64,000 bases of DNA from Syntrophomonadaceae bacterium (lineage in GTDB: Bacteria > Bacillota > Dethiobacteria > DTU022): NCBI GenBank assembly GCA_007119965.1, contig SKOR01000038.1:22226-86225 (forward strand), in the 5' to 3' direction. Under the pieces are notes generated by a model. It saw only the letters and a list, made by a program, of their open reading frames with translations. It was not told the origin of the DNA and did no database searches. Shown in pieces: positions 39,495-51,511 of this stretch. How positions within the stretch are numbered: position 1 is the first letter of the stretch; every line of letters starts with the position of its first letter. Position numbers and translations under genes: made by a program.

Positions 39495-40115
39495 TTAATT
39501 CGGAGCTACAATTACCTTTCGGTAAGGCTCTGCCCCATCACTGTAAGTGGTAATACCGGGGGTGTCATGTAAGGCAAGGTGGATTATTCTTCTTTCCTGC
39601 GGTGTCATCGGCTCCAATGCCTGCTCCCGGCCGTCCTGGATCACCTTGCGGGCTACGTTCTGAGCCAGTTGGGTCAGCGTTTTCTCCCGCCTGGAACGGT
39701 AATTTTCGATGTCCAGCACTACCATCTTATCCAATCCGCTAAACTGCCTTCTCATCACAACATTAAGCAGGTACTGCAGGTCACTTAGTGTTTTGCCGCG
39801 CCGCCCTATCAAGATACCCACGTCACTGCCGGAGATTTCTGACTCCAATTTGTCATCATCTTCAGCAACGCTGACGCTTCCTTCCACATTCATAAACTGC
39901 AGCATCTTTTGAAGATACGCCTGGAGGTATTGAGGCGGGTCCATTTTTGCCCTGACTACCACCCTGGCCCCCTTGCTGCCTATTATCCCCAGGAGGCCCT
40001 GTGTTGGTTTCTCAAGTACTTCAATTTCTGCGTTGTTCTTTTTAATGCCCAGCGAAGCAAGGGCTGACTCAACAGCTTCGTCCAGGGTCCGGCCTGTAGC
40101 TTCATATTCATTCAT
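39495..40115 (-). CDS. jag: RNA-binding protein Jag/EloR (KhpB)
   Basis: Jag_N, KH (LIGRRGKTL), R3H (ERRIIH). Confidence 0.95.
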   Translation of the reverse strand: MNEYEATGRTLDEAVESALASLGIKKNNAEIEVLEKPTQGLLGIIGSKGARVVVRAKMDPPQYLQAYLQKMLQFMNVEGSVSVAEDDDKLESEISGSDVGILIGRRGKTLSDLQYLLNVVMRRQFSGLDKMVVLDIENYRSRREKTLTQLAQNVARKVIQDGREQALEPMTPQERRIIHLALHDTPGITTYSDGAEPYRKVIVAPN

Positions 40116-41032
40116 CGTTTACCCTTCCCTTTTTTGCCTTTGGGTTTCGCTTCATGCGGTTTGGGGTCACTCTTTTCGCTATCCACCTTTACTGTCAAAA
40201 ACTCCAATTCTTTATCCTTCTTTTCCGCAGACCGCTTCTCCAAAGATTTATCTTTTTGGGGAGCGGCTTCTTTTTCTTTTTTCGCAGGCACTTTATCGGA
40301 TTGCCTTTTTTTTTCTTCCTTTGTATCGACCTTAATCTCTTCTTTAACTTCTTCCTTAACTTTGTCCATCGAGACAATTAGTTGATGCTGGCCGATTGAA
40401 AATACGTTATTCATGATCCAGTATATTACCAAACCAACTGGAAAGTTAAAGCTAAAAACTGTAATCATAACAGGCATCATGTACATCAGCATTTTTTGGC
40501 TGCTGTCAGCAGGCATGGACATTTTGGAGTATAAAAATGTTGTAGCGCCGGCAATTAGGGGAAATATGTAGTAAAACCCGAATTCCCCGAAAAAACTTTC
40601 AATGCTCAGGCTTGACATGGGCATGTTAAGCAGGTTAACAAATTCTGCACCCTGGAACAAGTAAGGGTTAATAACTTCCATATCCAGAAATAAATCCGGC
40701 TCTCTCAATAACCTGAATACGCCGATCAGGACTGGAAACTGAACCAGCAGGGGCAGGCAACCTGCCAGGGGGTTCATATTGTTCTCTTTCATAAACTCCT
40801 GGACAGCCTTATTTTGCTTCTCTTTATCATCCTTGTATTTATTCTGGATTTTTTTCATTTCAGGTTGTAATACCTGCATTTTTTTTGCCGATTTTATTTG
40901 CTTGTTATTCAGGGGGAAAGTTACCAGCTTCACCATCAGGGTCATGATGATGATGGCAACTCCGAAGTTCGGGATGTATCCGTAAATAAAGCTGATCAAA
41001 ACGCTGAATACTTCAGCAATAGCGTCAATCAT
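40112..41032 (-). CDS. yidC: membrane protein insertase YidC/SpoIIIJ
   Basis: LQPEMKKIQ.KYK, NPLAGCLPLLVQFP, GLVIYW; long charged C-tail. Confidence 0.95.
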   Translation of the reverse strand: MIDAIAEVFSVLISFIYGYIPNFGVAIIIMTLMVKLVTFPLNNKQIKSAKKMQVLQPEMKKIQNKYKDDKEKQNKAVQEFMKENNMNPLAGCLPLLVQFPVLIGVFRLLREPDLFLDMEVINPYLFQGAEFVNLLNMPMSSLSIESFFGEFGFYYIFPLIAGATTFLYSKMSMPADSSQKMLMYMMPVMITVFSFNFPVGLVIYWIMNNVFSIGQHQLIVSMDKVKEEVKEEIKVDTKEEKKRQSDKVPAKKEKEAAPQKDKSLEKRSAEKKDKELEFLTVKVDSEKSDPKPHEAKPKGKKGKGKR

Positions 41033-41055
41033 TTATTCGCCTCCTACAGTCATAG

Positions 41056-41319
41056 TTACTCAACAGGGTGGTAGCCTCCCGGGTTAAAAGGGTGGCAGCT
41101 CAATATTCTTTTTCCACCCATAAAAAGGCCTCTTAAAAAGCCATACTTTGCAAAAGCTTCATAGGTATATTGCGAACAAGTTGGGTAAAATCTGCATATC
41201 TGAGGTTTCAGCGGAGATATAAACAACATATAAAACCTGATCAGCTTCAAACACAGGCTTGTCGCAAGATATTCAGTTGTGCCTGCTATTTTTTTAACAG
41301 CAATTGCCCTTTCCGACAA
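41056..41319 (-). CDS. yidD: membrane protein insertion efficiency factor
   Basis: [21 protein letters not shown]. Confidence 0.95.
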   Translation of the reverse strand: MSERAIAVKKIAGTTEYLATSLCLKLIRFYMLFISPLKPQICRFYPTCSQYTYEAFAKYGFLRGLFMGGKRILSCHPFNPGGYHPVE

Positions 41320-41624
41320 AGATTATACAACTCCTTACCCGCTTCATGAAAAGTTACGTCAACAGCAGGTTTTCGTGCGATCAAAATAAAATCATGCCCT
41401 TTACAGAGCTTTTTTTCAATGATTTTAAAAGCTTCTCTGTAAATTCTTTTGATTTTATTCCGGACAACACTTTTACCAACTTTTTTACTGATTGAAAAAC
41501 CGATGCGGTTATAGGCCCGCCCATTAGGGCAGTAATAAAGGACGATGTTTCGGGATACAACCGTCCTGCCATAGCGGTAAACCCGCTTGAACTCCCAATT
41601 TTTTCTTAATCTTTGCAATTCCAT
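41286..41624 (-). CDS. rnpA: ribonuclease P protein
   Basis: [21 protein letters not shown]; likely ATG at 41624. Confidence 0.95.
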   Translation of the reverse strand: MELQRLRKNWEFKRVYRYGRTVVSRNIVLYYCPNGRAYNRIGFSISKKVGKSVVRNKIKRIYREAFKIIEKKLCKGHDFILIARKPAVDVTFHEAGKELYNLCRKGQLLLKK

Positions 41625-41634
41625 TACTGCATCT

Positions 41635-41769
41635 TTAGGCACTTAACTTCTTTCTCATTCTCTGCCTTCTTCTCTTTATAATCTGCCGACCTGCACTAGT
41701 TCTCATTCTTTTTAAAAACCCGTGAACCCGTTTACGCTGCCTTTTTTTTGGTTGATATGTTCTTTTCAT
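41635..41769 (-). CDS. rpmH: 50S ribosomal protein L34
   Basis: Translated by hand (below ORF-track cutoff): [44 protein letters not shown]. Confidence 0.97.
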   Translation of the reverse strand: MKRTYQPKKRQRKRVHGFLKRMRTSAGRQIIKRRRQRMRKKLSA

Positions 41770-42028
41770 AATTTTCCCCTTCTGCTTACATTCAGATTAC
41801 AACAATAATACAGTAATAAAAGTAAACATGTCAAGAAAACCCCGATATTTTAATTGAAGTTTTTAAAACAGTTTTTAAAACAGGTCAATCTTTTCTTTGC
41901 AGGCAGTGTCCAGATCTGTTAATATGTTTTTACAGTCCTATTTTAAAGTTTTCCACATGTTTTATTGATAACTCATTTTTATGTTAATAACTATACCGTC
42001 CTCATCTCATCTTATCGGGGGTTTATTA

Positions 42029-43408
42029 ATGAACAGCCAACTAAATGAAATCTGGCAGTTGACACTTGAAGAGTTGAGTAAGGACCTTAACAAGCCAAGT
42101 TTTGAAACATGGTTTAACCTGACCAAGCCCGTCTCTCTTGAAAACCGCTGCCTCGTTATCGAAGTTCCTAATGATTTTACAAAGGAATGGTTCGAAACAA
42201 GATATCGGAATCAAATTATAAAAGCTATTAAAGAAATTACTCACGAGGAGCATAAGGTCAGTTTTGTAATTGCTTCAGATTTTCAGGATAATACCGTTCC
42301 CAGCCTGACGGACGAACAGTTTAATCAATCCCCTGGCTTTACCTCTTCAAAAAAAGAAAACAACCACTTAAAAACTAAGTTCATTTCAAGCTTTAATCCC
42401 CGTTATACCTTTGATACTTTCGTTGTCGGTGCCTGCAACCGCCTTTCTCATGCCGCCTCACTTGCAGTTGCAGAAAGCCCGGCCCGGGCTTATAACCCAC
42501 TCTTTATATACGGGGGTGTCGGGCTTGGGAAAACCCATCTTCTCCATGCTATCGGACAATACTCCCTGATCAACCATGATTTTTCCAGGGTTTTTTATTT
42601 TTCTTCAGAAAAGTTTACCAATGAATTTATTAATGCCATTCGTGACAACAAAACTCTCGACTTTAGAAATAAATACCGTAACATGGATATTCTTCTGATT
42701 GATGATGTTCAGTTTTTAGCCGGCAAAGAGCAGACACAGGAAGAATTTTTTCACACCTTCAATGCTCTTCATGATAATAACAAGCAGATTATTATTTCCA
42801 GCGATCGCCCACCCAAAGAGATTCCTACATTAGAAGATCGTCTGCGTTCCCGTTTTGAGTGGGGTTTGATAACCGATCTCCAGACACCCGATCTGGAAAC
42901 ACGGACAGCTATCCTGAAAAAGAAAGCTCTCTCTGATGGAATAGAAATTCCTGACCATGTTCTTCAATATATTGCCGGAAAAGTAATAACCAATATAAGG
43001 GAATTAGAGGGGGCTCTGATTCGTATTGTCGCCTATGCATCTCTTTCAGAAACTCCCGTTACTCTTGAGCTTACTGAAAAAGCACTCCAGGATATTATAT
43101 TTACCAGGCAAAAAAATATTACGGTCCAAAACGTCATCCAGGCAACCGCTGATAACTTTAATATTAAACCGGAAGAACTTCTGTCCAAGAAGCGTACCCA
43201 GGAAATCGCCACAACAAGGCAGGTGGCAATGTATCTTTGCCGCATGCTGACAGATCTGTCGCTGCCAAAGATTGGCGAAGAATTCGGCGGCAGGGACCAT
43301 ACGACAGTACTCCATGCTTTTAAAAAAATAGATGCTATGATCGCAAAAAACAGCGATTTTAAAAACCGCCTTGAAATGATCAAGAACAAAATACTGGATA
43401 ACTCCTGA
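42029..43408 (+). CDS. dnaA: chromosomal replication initiator DnaA
   Basis: GGVGLGKTH, LIDDVQF, RLRSRFEWG, GGRDHTTV; likely ATG at 42029. Confidence 0.98.
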   Translation: MNSQLNEIWQLTLEELSKDLNKPSFETWFNLTKPVSLENRCLVIEVPNDFTKEWFETRYRNQIIKAIKEITHEEHKVSFVIASDFQDNTVPSLTDEQFNQSPGFTSSKKENNHLKTKFISSFNPRYTFDTFVVGACNRLSHAASLAVAESPARAYNPLFIYGGVGLGKTHLLHAIGQYSLINHDFSRVFYFSSEKFTNEFINAIRDNKTLDFRNKYRNMDILLIDDVQFLAGKEQTQEEFFHTFNALHDNNKQIIISSDRPPKEIPTLEDRLRSRFEWGLITDLQTPDLETRTAILKKKALSDGIEIPDHVLQYIAGKVITNIRELEGALIRIVAYASLSETPVTLELTEKALQDIIFTRQKNITVQNVIQATADNFNIKPEELLSKKRTQEIATTRQVAMYLCRMLTDLSLPKIGEEFGGRDHTTVLHAFKKIDAMIAKNSDFKNRLEMIKNKILDNS

Positions 43409-43668
43409 TTAACCTGTTTATAAGTTGTGTGTAAGTAGGGTTAAATTAATTTACTGAAAGTTATCCTTTCCTGTAAACATTTTTTTAGAAGTTTATCCAC
43501 ACTCAATAGCGATACTTTAACCAGGCCTGGCCTTAATTTACATGTCTTTTCACAGTTTACACAGGCCTTACTGCCTTTACTGTTTTTATATATAACAAAG
43601 ATCTTTTTACTTATGTTGTGTATTAAATCATTAATAAACGATCTTTTTTAGGAAAGAGGTGTCCGGAT
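43409..43668. other. oriC unwinding region (dnaA-dnaN intergenic)
   Basis: Perfect DnaA box TTATCCACA at 43493-43501, degenerate boxes at 43415, 43426, 43546 and 43555, then GGCC and an AT-rich tract; gene orientation switches here. Confidence 0.85.
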
Positions 43669-44778
43669 TTGAAAATATCAGTAGATTCTGTAATTTTTAG
43701 GAATTGTCTGGAAACCGTAGAAAAAGCTTTGCCTACCCGTTCGACAATGCCGGTGATTGGAAGTATTTTATTCGAAATAACCAGTGATAGCCTGACTTTT
43801 TCTGCAACAAACCTTGAATTTTTCATAAAAAGCAGGATGGACTGCACAAACAGCGGGCAGGGAAAAATATTGCTTCCCCCTAAGATTGTAGATATTATGC
43901 GTAATTTTCCCTCAGATCAGGTGACCGTGGATATAAACTGGGATACTTACCGTCTTAATATTTCAGGAGGTTCAGCAAATTTTCACCTTTACGGGTCAGA
44001 TCCCGAAGATTACCCGGTCTCCTTTGATATTGATCCGGGCCAAAAGCCGCAGGTTACGATTGAACAGACTAAACTAAAAAAAATTATAAAATCTGTAGTG
44101 TTTGCTGCTTCAAATGAAGAAACACGCCCTGCCTTTAACGGGATCCTTCTTTCTGGTAAAAATAAAACCCTGTCACTTACAGCATCTGATACTTATCGGT
44201 TGGCAGTTAAAAAAATTGAAGACGAGAATTGGTCTCTTGACGAAAAAAATTCCCTTGTCCCAGCCAGGGCTATGCGCGAACTTTTGCGTGTTTTAAGCGA
44301 TCAAACAGTAAATATAGACATTTACAGCGAGCGCAGTATTTTAGCGTTCCAGTTGGAAGACGTTTATTTTGCATCCCGGCTGCTTGAGGAAAAATATCCT
44401 GATGTCAGCGGGGTTATTCCTAAGGAATATAAAACCAGGGTTGTTGTAGACAGAAAAGCTTTCGAGGACTCGGTAAACCGGGCCTCATTGCTCGCTGAAG
44501 GAAAAAACCAGGCTGTCAATTTTATAGTTCAAGATAATCAGTTGGAAGTAAGGGTATCAGGCCAGGAAGGCAGTATGGAAGAAATTATACCTGTTGAACA
44601 AGACGGTGAAAATCTGGAGCTTTTTGCTAACACCCGCTATATTATCGATATTCTAAAAATAATTGAAGAGCAAAAGGTAGTAGTAGACTTTCATGGTGAA
44701 GGAGGGCCCCTGATTTTTAAGATGCCCGATGATCAGAGTTACATTTATCTTGTTTTACCAATTAAGAAGGTAAATTAA
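43669..44778 (+). CDS. dnaN: DNA polymerase III beta clamp
   Basis: ATNLE, TRPAFNG, ASDTYRL, SRLLE.KYPD, YLVLPI. Confidence 0.96.
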   Translation: MKISVDSVIFRNCLETVEKALPTRSTMPVIGSILFEITSDSLTFSATNLEFFIKSRMDCTNSGQGKILLPPKIVDIMRNFPSDQVTVDINWDTYRLNISGGSANFHLYGSDPEDYPVSFDIDPGQKPQVTIEQTKLKKIIKSVVFAASNEETRPAFNGILLSGKNKTLSLTASDTYRLAVKKIEDENWSLDEKNSLVPARAMRELLRVLSDQTVNIDIYSERSILAFQLEDVYFASRLLEEKYPDVSGVIPKEYKTRVVVDRKAFEDSVNRASLLAEGKNQAVNFIVQDNQLEVRVSGQEGSMEEIIPVEQDGENLELFANTRYIIDILKIIEEQKVVVDFHGEGGPLIFKMPDDQSYIYLVLPIKKVN

Positions 44779-44798
44779 TATTATGGGGGCTGTCTTTT

Positions 44799-45938
44799 TT
44801 GTTTTTTCTTGATAGCTTGCTGATCAAAGGATTTCGAAACTACCAGCATCAGCAGTTGGATTTTAATCCACGCCTGAACATTTTGGTCGGCGAAAATGGC
44901 CAGGGGAAAACAAACCTACTTGAATCGATTTATTACCTTTCCGTTACCCGTTCTTTTCGGACTAACCGTGATCAGGAACTGGTTAAATGGGAGGAACCTT
45001 TTTTTTATTTAAAAGGGACTTTTTTAAAAGATGATTTTAAAAACGATGTTCAGGTCAGTTACAGTTATAATCATCCATTGAAGGTTAAAATTAACAACGA
45101 ACCTGTCAACCGTTACGATCACCTTCAGCAATTCCCTGTAGTTGTTTTCAGTCCCGATGATCTAATGCTGATCAGGGAAGGACCTTCTATTCGCAGGCGC
45201 TTTTTAAACCTGGAAGCATCGCGACTGAATCCGGTTTATTTTAAAGAGTTAAGGGCTTATCAGAGGGTTTTGCAGCAGCGCAACCATCTTTTGAAAGGAT
45301 TTTATAACCGTAAAAGGGATCAGGTTAATCAGCTTTTGGAACCATGGGATCAGTCACTGGTATCTTTGGGTAGCAATATAATTCACACCAGGCTTAAAAT
45401 CATCAAATCATTGGAAAAAGAAGCAAAATTATTTTTTTTAAGCATGACAAAAGCGAGTGAAATATTTACATTGCAATACGATTGCAGCTTTGATTACAAA
45501 GTTGATCTGAAAGATACCAATGAGACTTTCATGCAGGTTTTAGAGAGCAAAAGGGAGCAGGAATTAAAAAAGGGAGCTACGGTTGTCGGACCGCACCTGG
45601 ATGATCTTAAAATTTCAATTAACGGTTACGATACCAGGAAATATTCTTCACAGGGCCAAAAAAGAACCGCGGCCCTGGCTTTAAAAATGGCTGAAGTAAG
45701 CCTTTTTAAAATGGAAAATAACGAATGCCCGATAATTTTACTTGATGATGTTTTCTCCGAGTTCGACGATTCGCGGAAAATGCATCTGCTTGAGTTTCTG
45801 AAGGGCAGTACCGGGCAGTGTTTTATTTCTTCAGCTGACGGGATGGAAAAACTTGCAAAAAAACTGAACAGGGATAGTAAAATTGTTACAATCCGGCAGG
45901 GGAGGGTAATTGATGAAATCGGTAGGCCCGGTAATTGA
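44799..45938 (+). CDS. recF: DNA repair protein RecF
   Basis: FRNY, GENGQGKTN, SQGQKR, LLDDVFSE. Confidence 0.97.
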   Translation: MFFLDSLLIKGFRNYQHQQLDFNPRLNILVGENGQGKTNLLESIYYLSVTRSFRTNRDQELVKWEEPFFYLKGTFLKDDFKNDVQVSYSYNHPLKVKINNEPVNRYDHLQQFPVVVFSPDDLMLIREGPSIRRRFLNLEASRLNPVYFKELRAYQRVLQQRNHLLKGFYNRKRDQVNQLLEPWDQSLVSLGSNIIHTRLKIIKSLEKEAKLFFLSMTKASEIFTLQYDCSFDYKVDLKDTNETFMQVLESKREQELKKGATVVGPHLDDLKISINGYDTRKYSSQGQKRTAALALKMAEVSLFKMENNECPIILLDDVFSEFDDSRKMHLLEFLKGSTGQCFISSADGMEKLAKKLNRDSKIVTIRQGRVIDEIGRPGN

Positions 45939-46215
45939 AAACCTGCTTCGCAGTTATAATCTCTGGCAGGGCTACAAACAATACCAGGTAGTGGAAAGTT
46001 GGGATGAGTTAGTGGGCCCCGATCTTTCCGAGGTAACCCGTGCCGATAGTATAGCTAATGGGATTCTCAGGGTTTCTGTCAAGGATTCAGTATGGGCTTA
46101 CCACCTTTCCATGCTCAAACCAAGTTTAATCGGAAAATTGAACAACCATGCCGGCAGTAAAGTTGTAAAAGATATATTCTTTAAAATAGAGCCCTTAGAA
46201 AAGAAGGACAACTAA
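45910..46215 (+). CDS. dciA: DUF721/DciA family protein
   Basis: W.ELVGPDL...T......GIL.V.V.DSVWA..L pattern; overlaps the recF end. Confidence 0.82.
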   Translation: MMKSVGPVIENLLRSYNLWQGYKQYQVVESWDELVGPDLSEVTRADSIANGILRVSVKDSVWAYHLSMLKPSLIGKLNNHAGSKVVKDIFFKIEPLEKKDN

Positions 46216-46323
46216 AATAAATATCTAATCTTAATCAGTAGTATGTAAATTATTTTAATTTACCCTTTTTTACTGTCATTAATAGATATCTTTTGCCGGT
46301 ATTTTTAATGAAGGAGGTCTCGC

Positions 46324-46563
46324 ATGTTTCTACATATAGGGGGTTCTGAGATTGTCTTTTGCAAAGAATTAATCGGAATCTTTAATCTCGATCCAGAACA
46401 AAATGCTGTGAATAAGCATTTTCTAAATACGGTTTCCAATAATCCTTCCAGCATTTTGTCCGGCTCAGCACGGCACAAGTCTTTTGTGGTTACAGACAAC
46501 CGTGTCTATCTTTCTCCGATTTCCCCCCTCACATTATCCAGGCGCCGCCATGGTTCCCTTTAG
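46324..46563 (+). CDS. remB: RemB/YaaB (DUF370) family protein
   Basis: MFLHIG, IGIF, KSFVVT..VYLSPIS..TL; precedes gyrB. Confidence 0.88.
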   Translation: MFLHIGGSEIVFCKELIGIFNLDPEQNAVNKHFLNTVSNNPSSILSGSARHKSFVVTDNRVYLSPISPLTLSRRRHGSL

Positions 46564-46698
46564 CCCGGTCAGCCTGGTTTGCTTTTAATAAAACATGTTA
46601 TAATAAGTTAGTTCAAGAACACTGATTAAGGCCTGCTGCCGGTCAGTTCTTGTGAAGCTGCAAGCAGGCCAGGTATATATTTATATTTCCAGAGGTGA

Positions 46699-48618
<1,920 letters not shown>

Positions 48619-48716
48619 CGTATTTTGAGTTATTGCAGCGCGTTAAAGCAGAATAATCAGCAGCAGAGTTTAATCAGCACCTGAAACCTGTGGTGAGCAG
48701 GCAGGGGCCAGAATAT

Positions 48717-48766
48717 AAATAGAAGCCCCCCGGCCGGATCCCTGATCTGCCGGGGGGCTTCTATTT
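48717..48766. terminator. bidirectional terminator between convergent gyrB and DUF1850 genes
   Basis: 18-bp inverted repeat AAATAGAAGCCCCCCGGC / GCCGGGGGGCTTCTATTT. Confidence 0.8.
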
Positions 48767-48779
48767 GTGATTGCCGCCT

Positions 48780-49316
48780 TTAAGGTTTGTTGTCCCGGGT
48801 ATTGTTTCTAACTGAAATATCGAGCAAAAGGTGGCCCTCTTCCAGCGCTGCAAGCGGGTATTCCTGTTCGTTGATGAACAGTGTTTCTTCGGTCTGAGGA
48901 GACACCCACAGCCTGATGCTGTCCCGGGGCTCTTCCTCGTGGTAAATGGTGACCAGGCCGTCTTCAAGAGTGTAAGATTCCGCGTAATCGATCGGCAGGC
49001 CCGGCCCGTAAGAAGAGTAAGTGGTGGTTAAAGGCTTGATTTTGCCGCTTTCGCTTATAATAAAGGTCCCTTCGACCGGGGATTTGCTCACCGAGTGGCG
49101 GTAACGGAGGGTTATAACTGTTTCAACTTCAACAGATGTTTCATGATAAACAATCCCGCTGCGGGGATCCTGTATCAGGATCTGCCAGGGTTCGTTTTCC
49201 CGCTCGCATGATGCCTGAAATAGGATCCCTAAAAGCAGGATACAAAGTAAAACAGCATATTCTGCCAATCTGAAAGGGATGGATCTGTTTGCGCAAAATA
49301 TCATGGCTAATGGCAC
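48780..49316 (-). CDS. DUF1850 family protein
   Basis: YRHSV..PV, YSSYGPGLP; typical partner of TAXI-TRAP operons. Confidence 0.8.
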   Translation of the reverse strand: MPLAMIFCANRSIPFRLAEYAVLLCILLLGILFQASCERENEPWQILIQDPRSGIVYHETSVEVETVITLRYRHSVSKSPVEGTFIISESGKIKPLTTTYSSYGPGLPIDYAESYTLEDGLVTIYHEEEPRDSIRLWVSPQTEETLFINEQEYPLAALEEGHLLLDISVRNNTRDNKP

Positions 49317-49390
49317 CAGCCCGCATGTTATTTAGTTCCCCTGTGCTGCATCTGACAATAAGCGGACCGGAATATTCCGCTAACAGCAGG

Positions 49391-51427
49391 TTATGCGCCG
49401 GTTGCAAGGGCTTTCTGATCTTCGCGCTTCTTAACTGCTCTCTGGTGAAAATAAACTATCAGGAAAACTGTAGCCCCGATTATATCGGTATACCAGGTCG
49501 GCCAGATCATTGAAAGTGCCACCACAAGGAGGACAACCTGCTCCCATATTTTCATCCTGGTAAACAGCCAGCGCTGGATAACGGCAGAAAAACAATAGAT
49601 GCCGAACAATGAAGTTGCCGCCACGAAAAGGGCATTATACCAGGTTGTGTCGATCAGCAAAAACTCAGGATTGTAAACAAACATAAACGGTAAAAGAAAT
49701 GCGCCAAGGTCGAACTTGAAGCCTAAGAGACCTGTCCTGATCGGTTCAGAACGGGCAACGGCTGCAGCAGCATAAGCGGCAACGCCCACCGGTGGAGTGT
49801 CGTCAGCCAGGATAGCATAGTAAAGAATGAAGAGGTGAATGGCCAGAACCGGCACCTGTGGCGCAATGGTAGTAACAGCAGGGGCTACCAGGGTGGCCAT
49901 CACCACGTATTTTGCTGTTGTCGGCAGTCCCGTACCCAGGATAATCGATATGCCGGCAGACATCACCAGCAAAATGAAGAGATTGTCGCCTGCTACACTG
50001 GTGAGCAGTAAAATCATGCTCTGGCCCAGCCCGGTGATTGTGACCACTCCTACAATAATCCCGGCACAGGCGCAGGCTACCGCTATGCCGGCCATGCTCT
50101 TGGCGGCGCTTTCGAGGCCGGAAAGGAAATCGTTCCACAGCCCCCTGGCCTGGGCTAACGCGCTTTCGAAAAATTCAGTGTCTTCCTCTTTTAAAGATTC
50201 AACCAGTTTTACCACTCGGACAATCAACATGATTAAGAAAACGGCCAGGATGGCATAGTAGCCTGCCAATATTGGTGTTAAGCGGACAATTAGCAGGTAA
50301 TAAACAAGAATGGCGATCGGGAACCAGTAAAAGATCCCCCGAATAAAGGTCCTTAAAAAGGGAGGGATATCTTCTTTCGCCATCGGCTTCATCCCGGTCT
50401 TCGCTGCCTGCAGGTGGACGATAGCCAGCAGGGCAAAATAACTAATTATCGCCGGCAGGGCTGCGGCAATGGCAATCTGCCAGTAGGGTATGCCGGTAAA
50501 CTCGGCCATGACGAAGGCCGCAGCACCCATGATCGGCGGCAGAAACTGCCCATCGGTAGAGGCTGCAGTTTCCACACCTCCGGCTACTTCAGGGCTGAAG
50601 CCGGCTTTTTTCATTACGGGAATGGTAATCGACCCGGTAACAACAGTGTTGGCAACTGAACTGCCGATAATACTGCCCATAAAACCGCTGGCCATTACAG
50701 CTGCCTTGGCCGGTCCGCCCCTGAACCTGCCCATGGTGGAGAAGGCCAGCCTGACAATGTAGAGGCCTGCTCCGGAGGTTTGAAAAAAAGAACCAAATAA
50801 GACAAAAATGAAAACAAAGGTTGCACTGACCCCGATCGGTATCCCGAAAATGCCGGTATTGGTGATGTAAAGATCATTGATAACCCTGGTCAGGCGGTAG
50901 CCGCCGTGACCGATAAGGGTAGGGTAATATTGGCCGAGAAAGGGGTATGTTAAAAAAAAGATTGTAACAATCGGTAAAACCAGACCGAATGCGCGGTGAG
51001 CGGCCAGTAAAATGAGGGCAACTGCTATTCCGCCCATCACTAAATCGGTTGTTGTCGGGGCCCCGACTCTCCAGACAAGATCGTCGAAATAATAGTAAAC
51101 ATAAAAAATTGAACAGAACCCGGCAGCTGCCAGCAGCAGATCATACCAGGGGACACGTTCATATGCGCTGTCATTTTTTTTGTTAAAGGGAAAATAGAGA
51201 AAACAGAGGGCGAGGCCGACAGAAAGGTGCGCCGATCTTTGCAGCATGGCTGTCAGAAGACCTGTCCCGGCGGTGTACAGGTGAAAAAATGACCAGAGGA
51301 CGCCGATGATAAATATTATTGTTGCCAGGTTTCCCCCGGGGGAGCGGACTTTACCTTCGTCAACTATATCGCCGAGATCACTATCTGTGCTTTGTTTAAT
51401 TGCTTCTTCCAGGTTTATTTTGCTCAA
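49391..51427 (-). CDS. TRAP transporter fused (4TM/12TM) permease, TAXI type
   Basis: GIFGIPI, RGGPAKAAV, GQFLPPIMGAAAF, DTPPV. Confidence 0.93.
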   Translation of the reverse strand: MSKINLEEAIKQSTDSDLGDIVDEGKVRSPGGNLATIIFIIGVLWSFFHLYTAGTGLLTAMLQRSAHLSVGLALCFLYFPFNKKNDSAYERVPWYDLLLAAAGFCSIFYVYYYFDDLVWRVGAPTTTDLVMGGIAVALILLAAHRAFGLVLPIVTIFFLTYPFLGQYYPTLIGHGGYRLTRVINDLYITNTGIFGIPIGVSATFVFIFVLFGSFFQTSGAGLYIVRLAFSTMGRFRGGPAKAAVMASGFMGSIIGSSVANTVVTGSITIPVMKKAGFSPEVAGGVETAASTDGQFLPPIMGAAAFVMAEFTGIPYWQIAIAAALPAIISYFALLAIVHLQAAKTGMKPMAKEDIPPFLRTFIRGIFYWFPIAILVYYLLIVRLTPILAGYYAILAVFLIMLIVRVVKLVESLKEEDTEFFESALAQARGLWNDFLSGLESAAKSMAGIAVACACAGIIVGVVTITGLGQSMILLLTSVAGDNLFILLVMSAGISIILGTGLPTTAKYVVMATLVAPAVTTIAPQVPVLAIHLFILYYAILADDTPPVGVAAYAAAAVARSEPIRTGLLGFKFDLGAFLLPFMFVYNPEFLLIDTTWYNALFVAATSLFGIYCFSAVIQRWLFTRMKIWEQVVLLVVALSMIWPTWYTDIIGATVFLIVYFHQRAVKKREDQKALATGA

Positions 51428-51453
51428 GACTTATCACCTCTAACCTCTTATTT

Positions 51454-51487
51454 AAAAGGTACAGGGCGCATGTAACGCCCTGTACCC
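51454..51487 (-). terminator. internal terminator/stabilising hairpin after TAXI gene
   Basis: GGTACAGGGCG-TTACATG-CGCCCTGTACC then TTTT. Confidence 0.7.
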
Positions 51488-51511
51488 CCTGGATAGAGTT
51501 AGCAGCATGCT

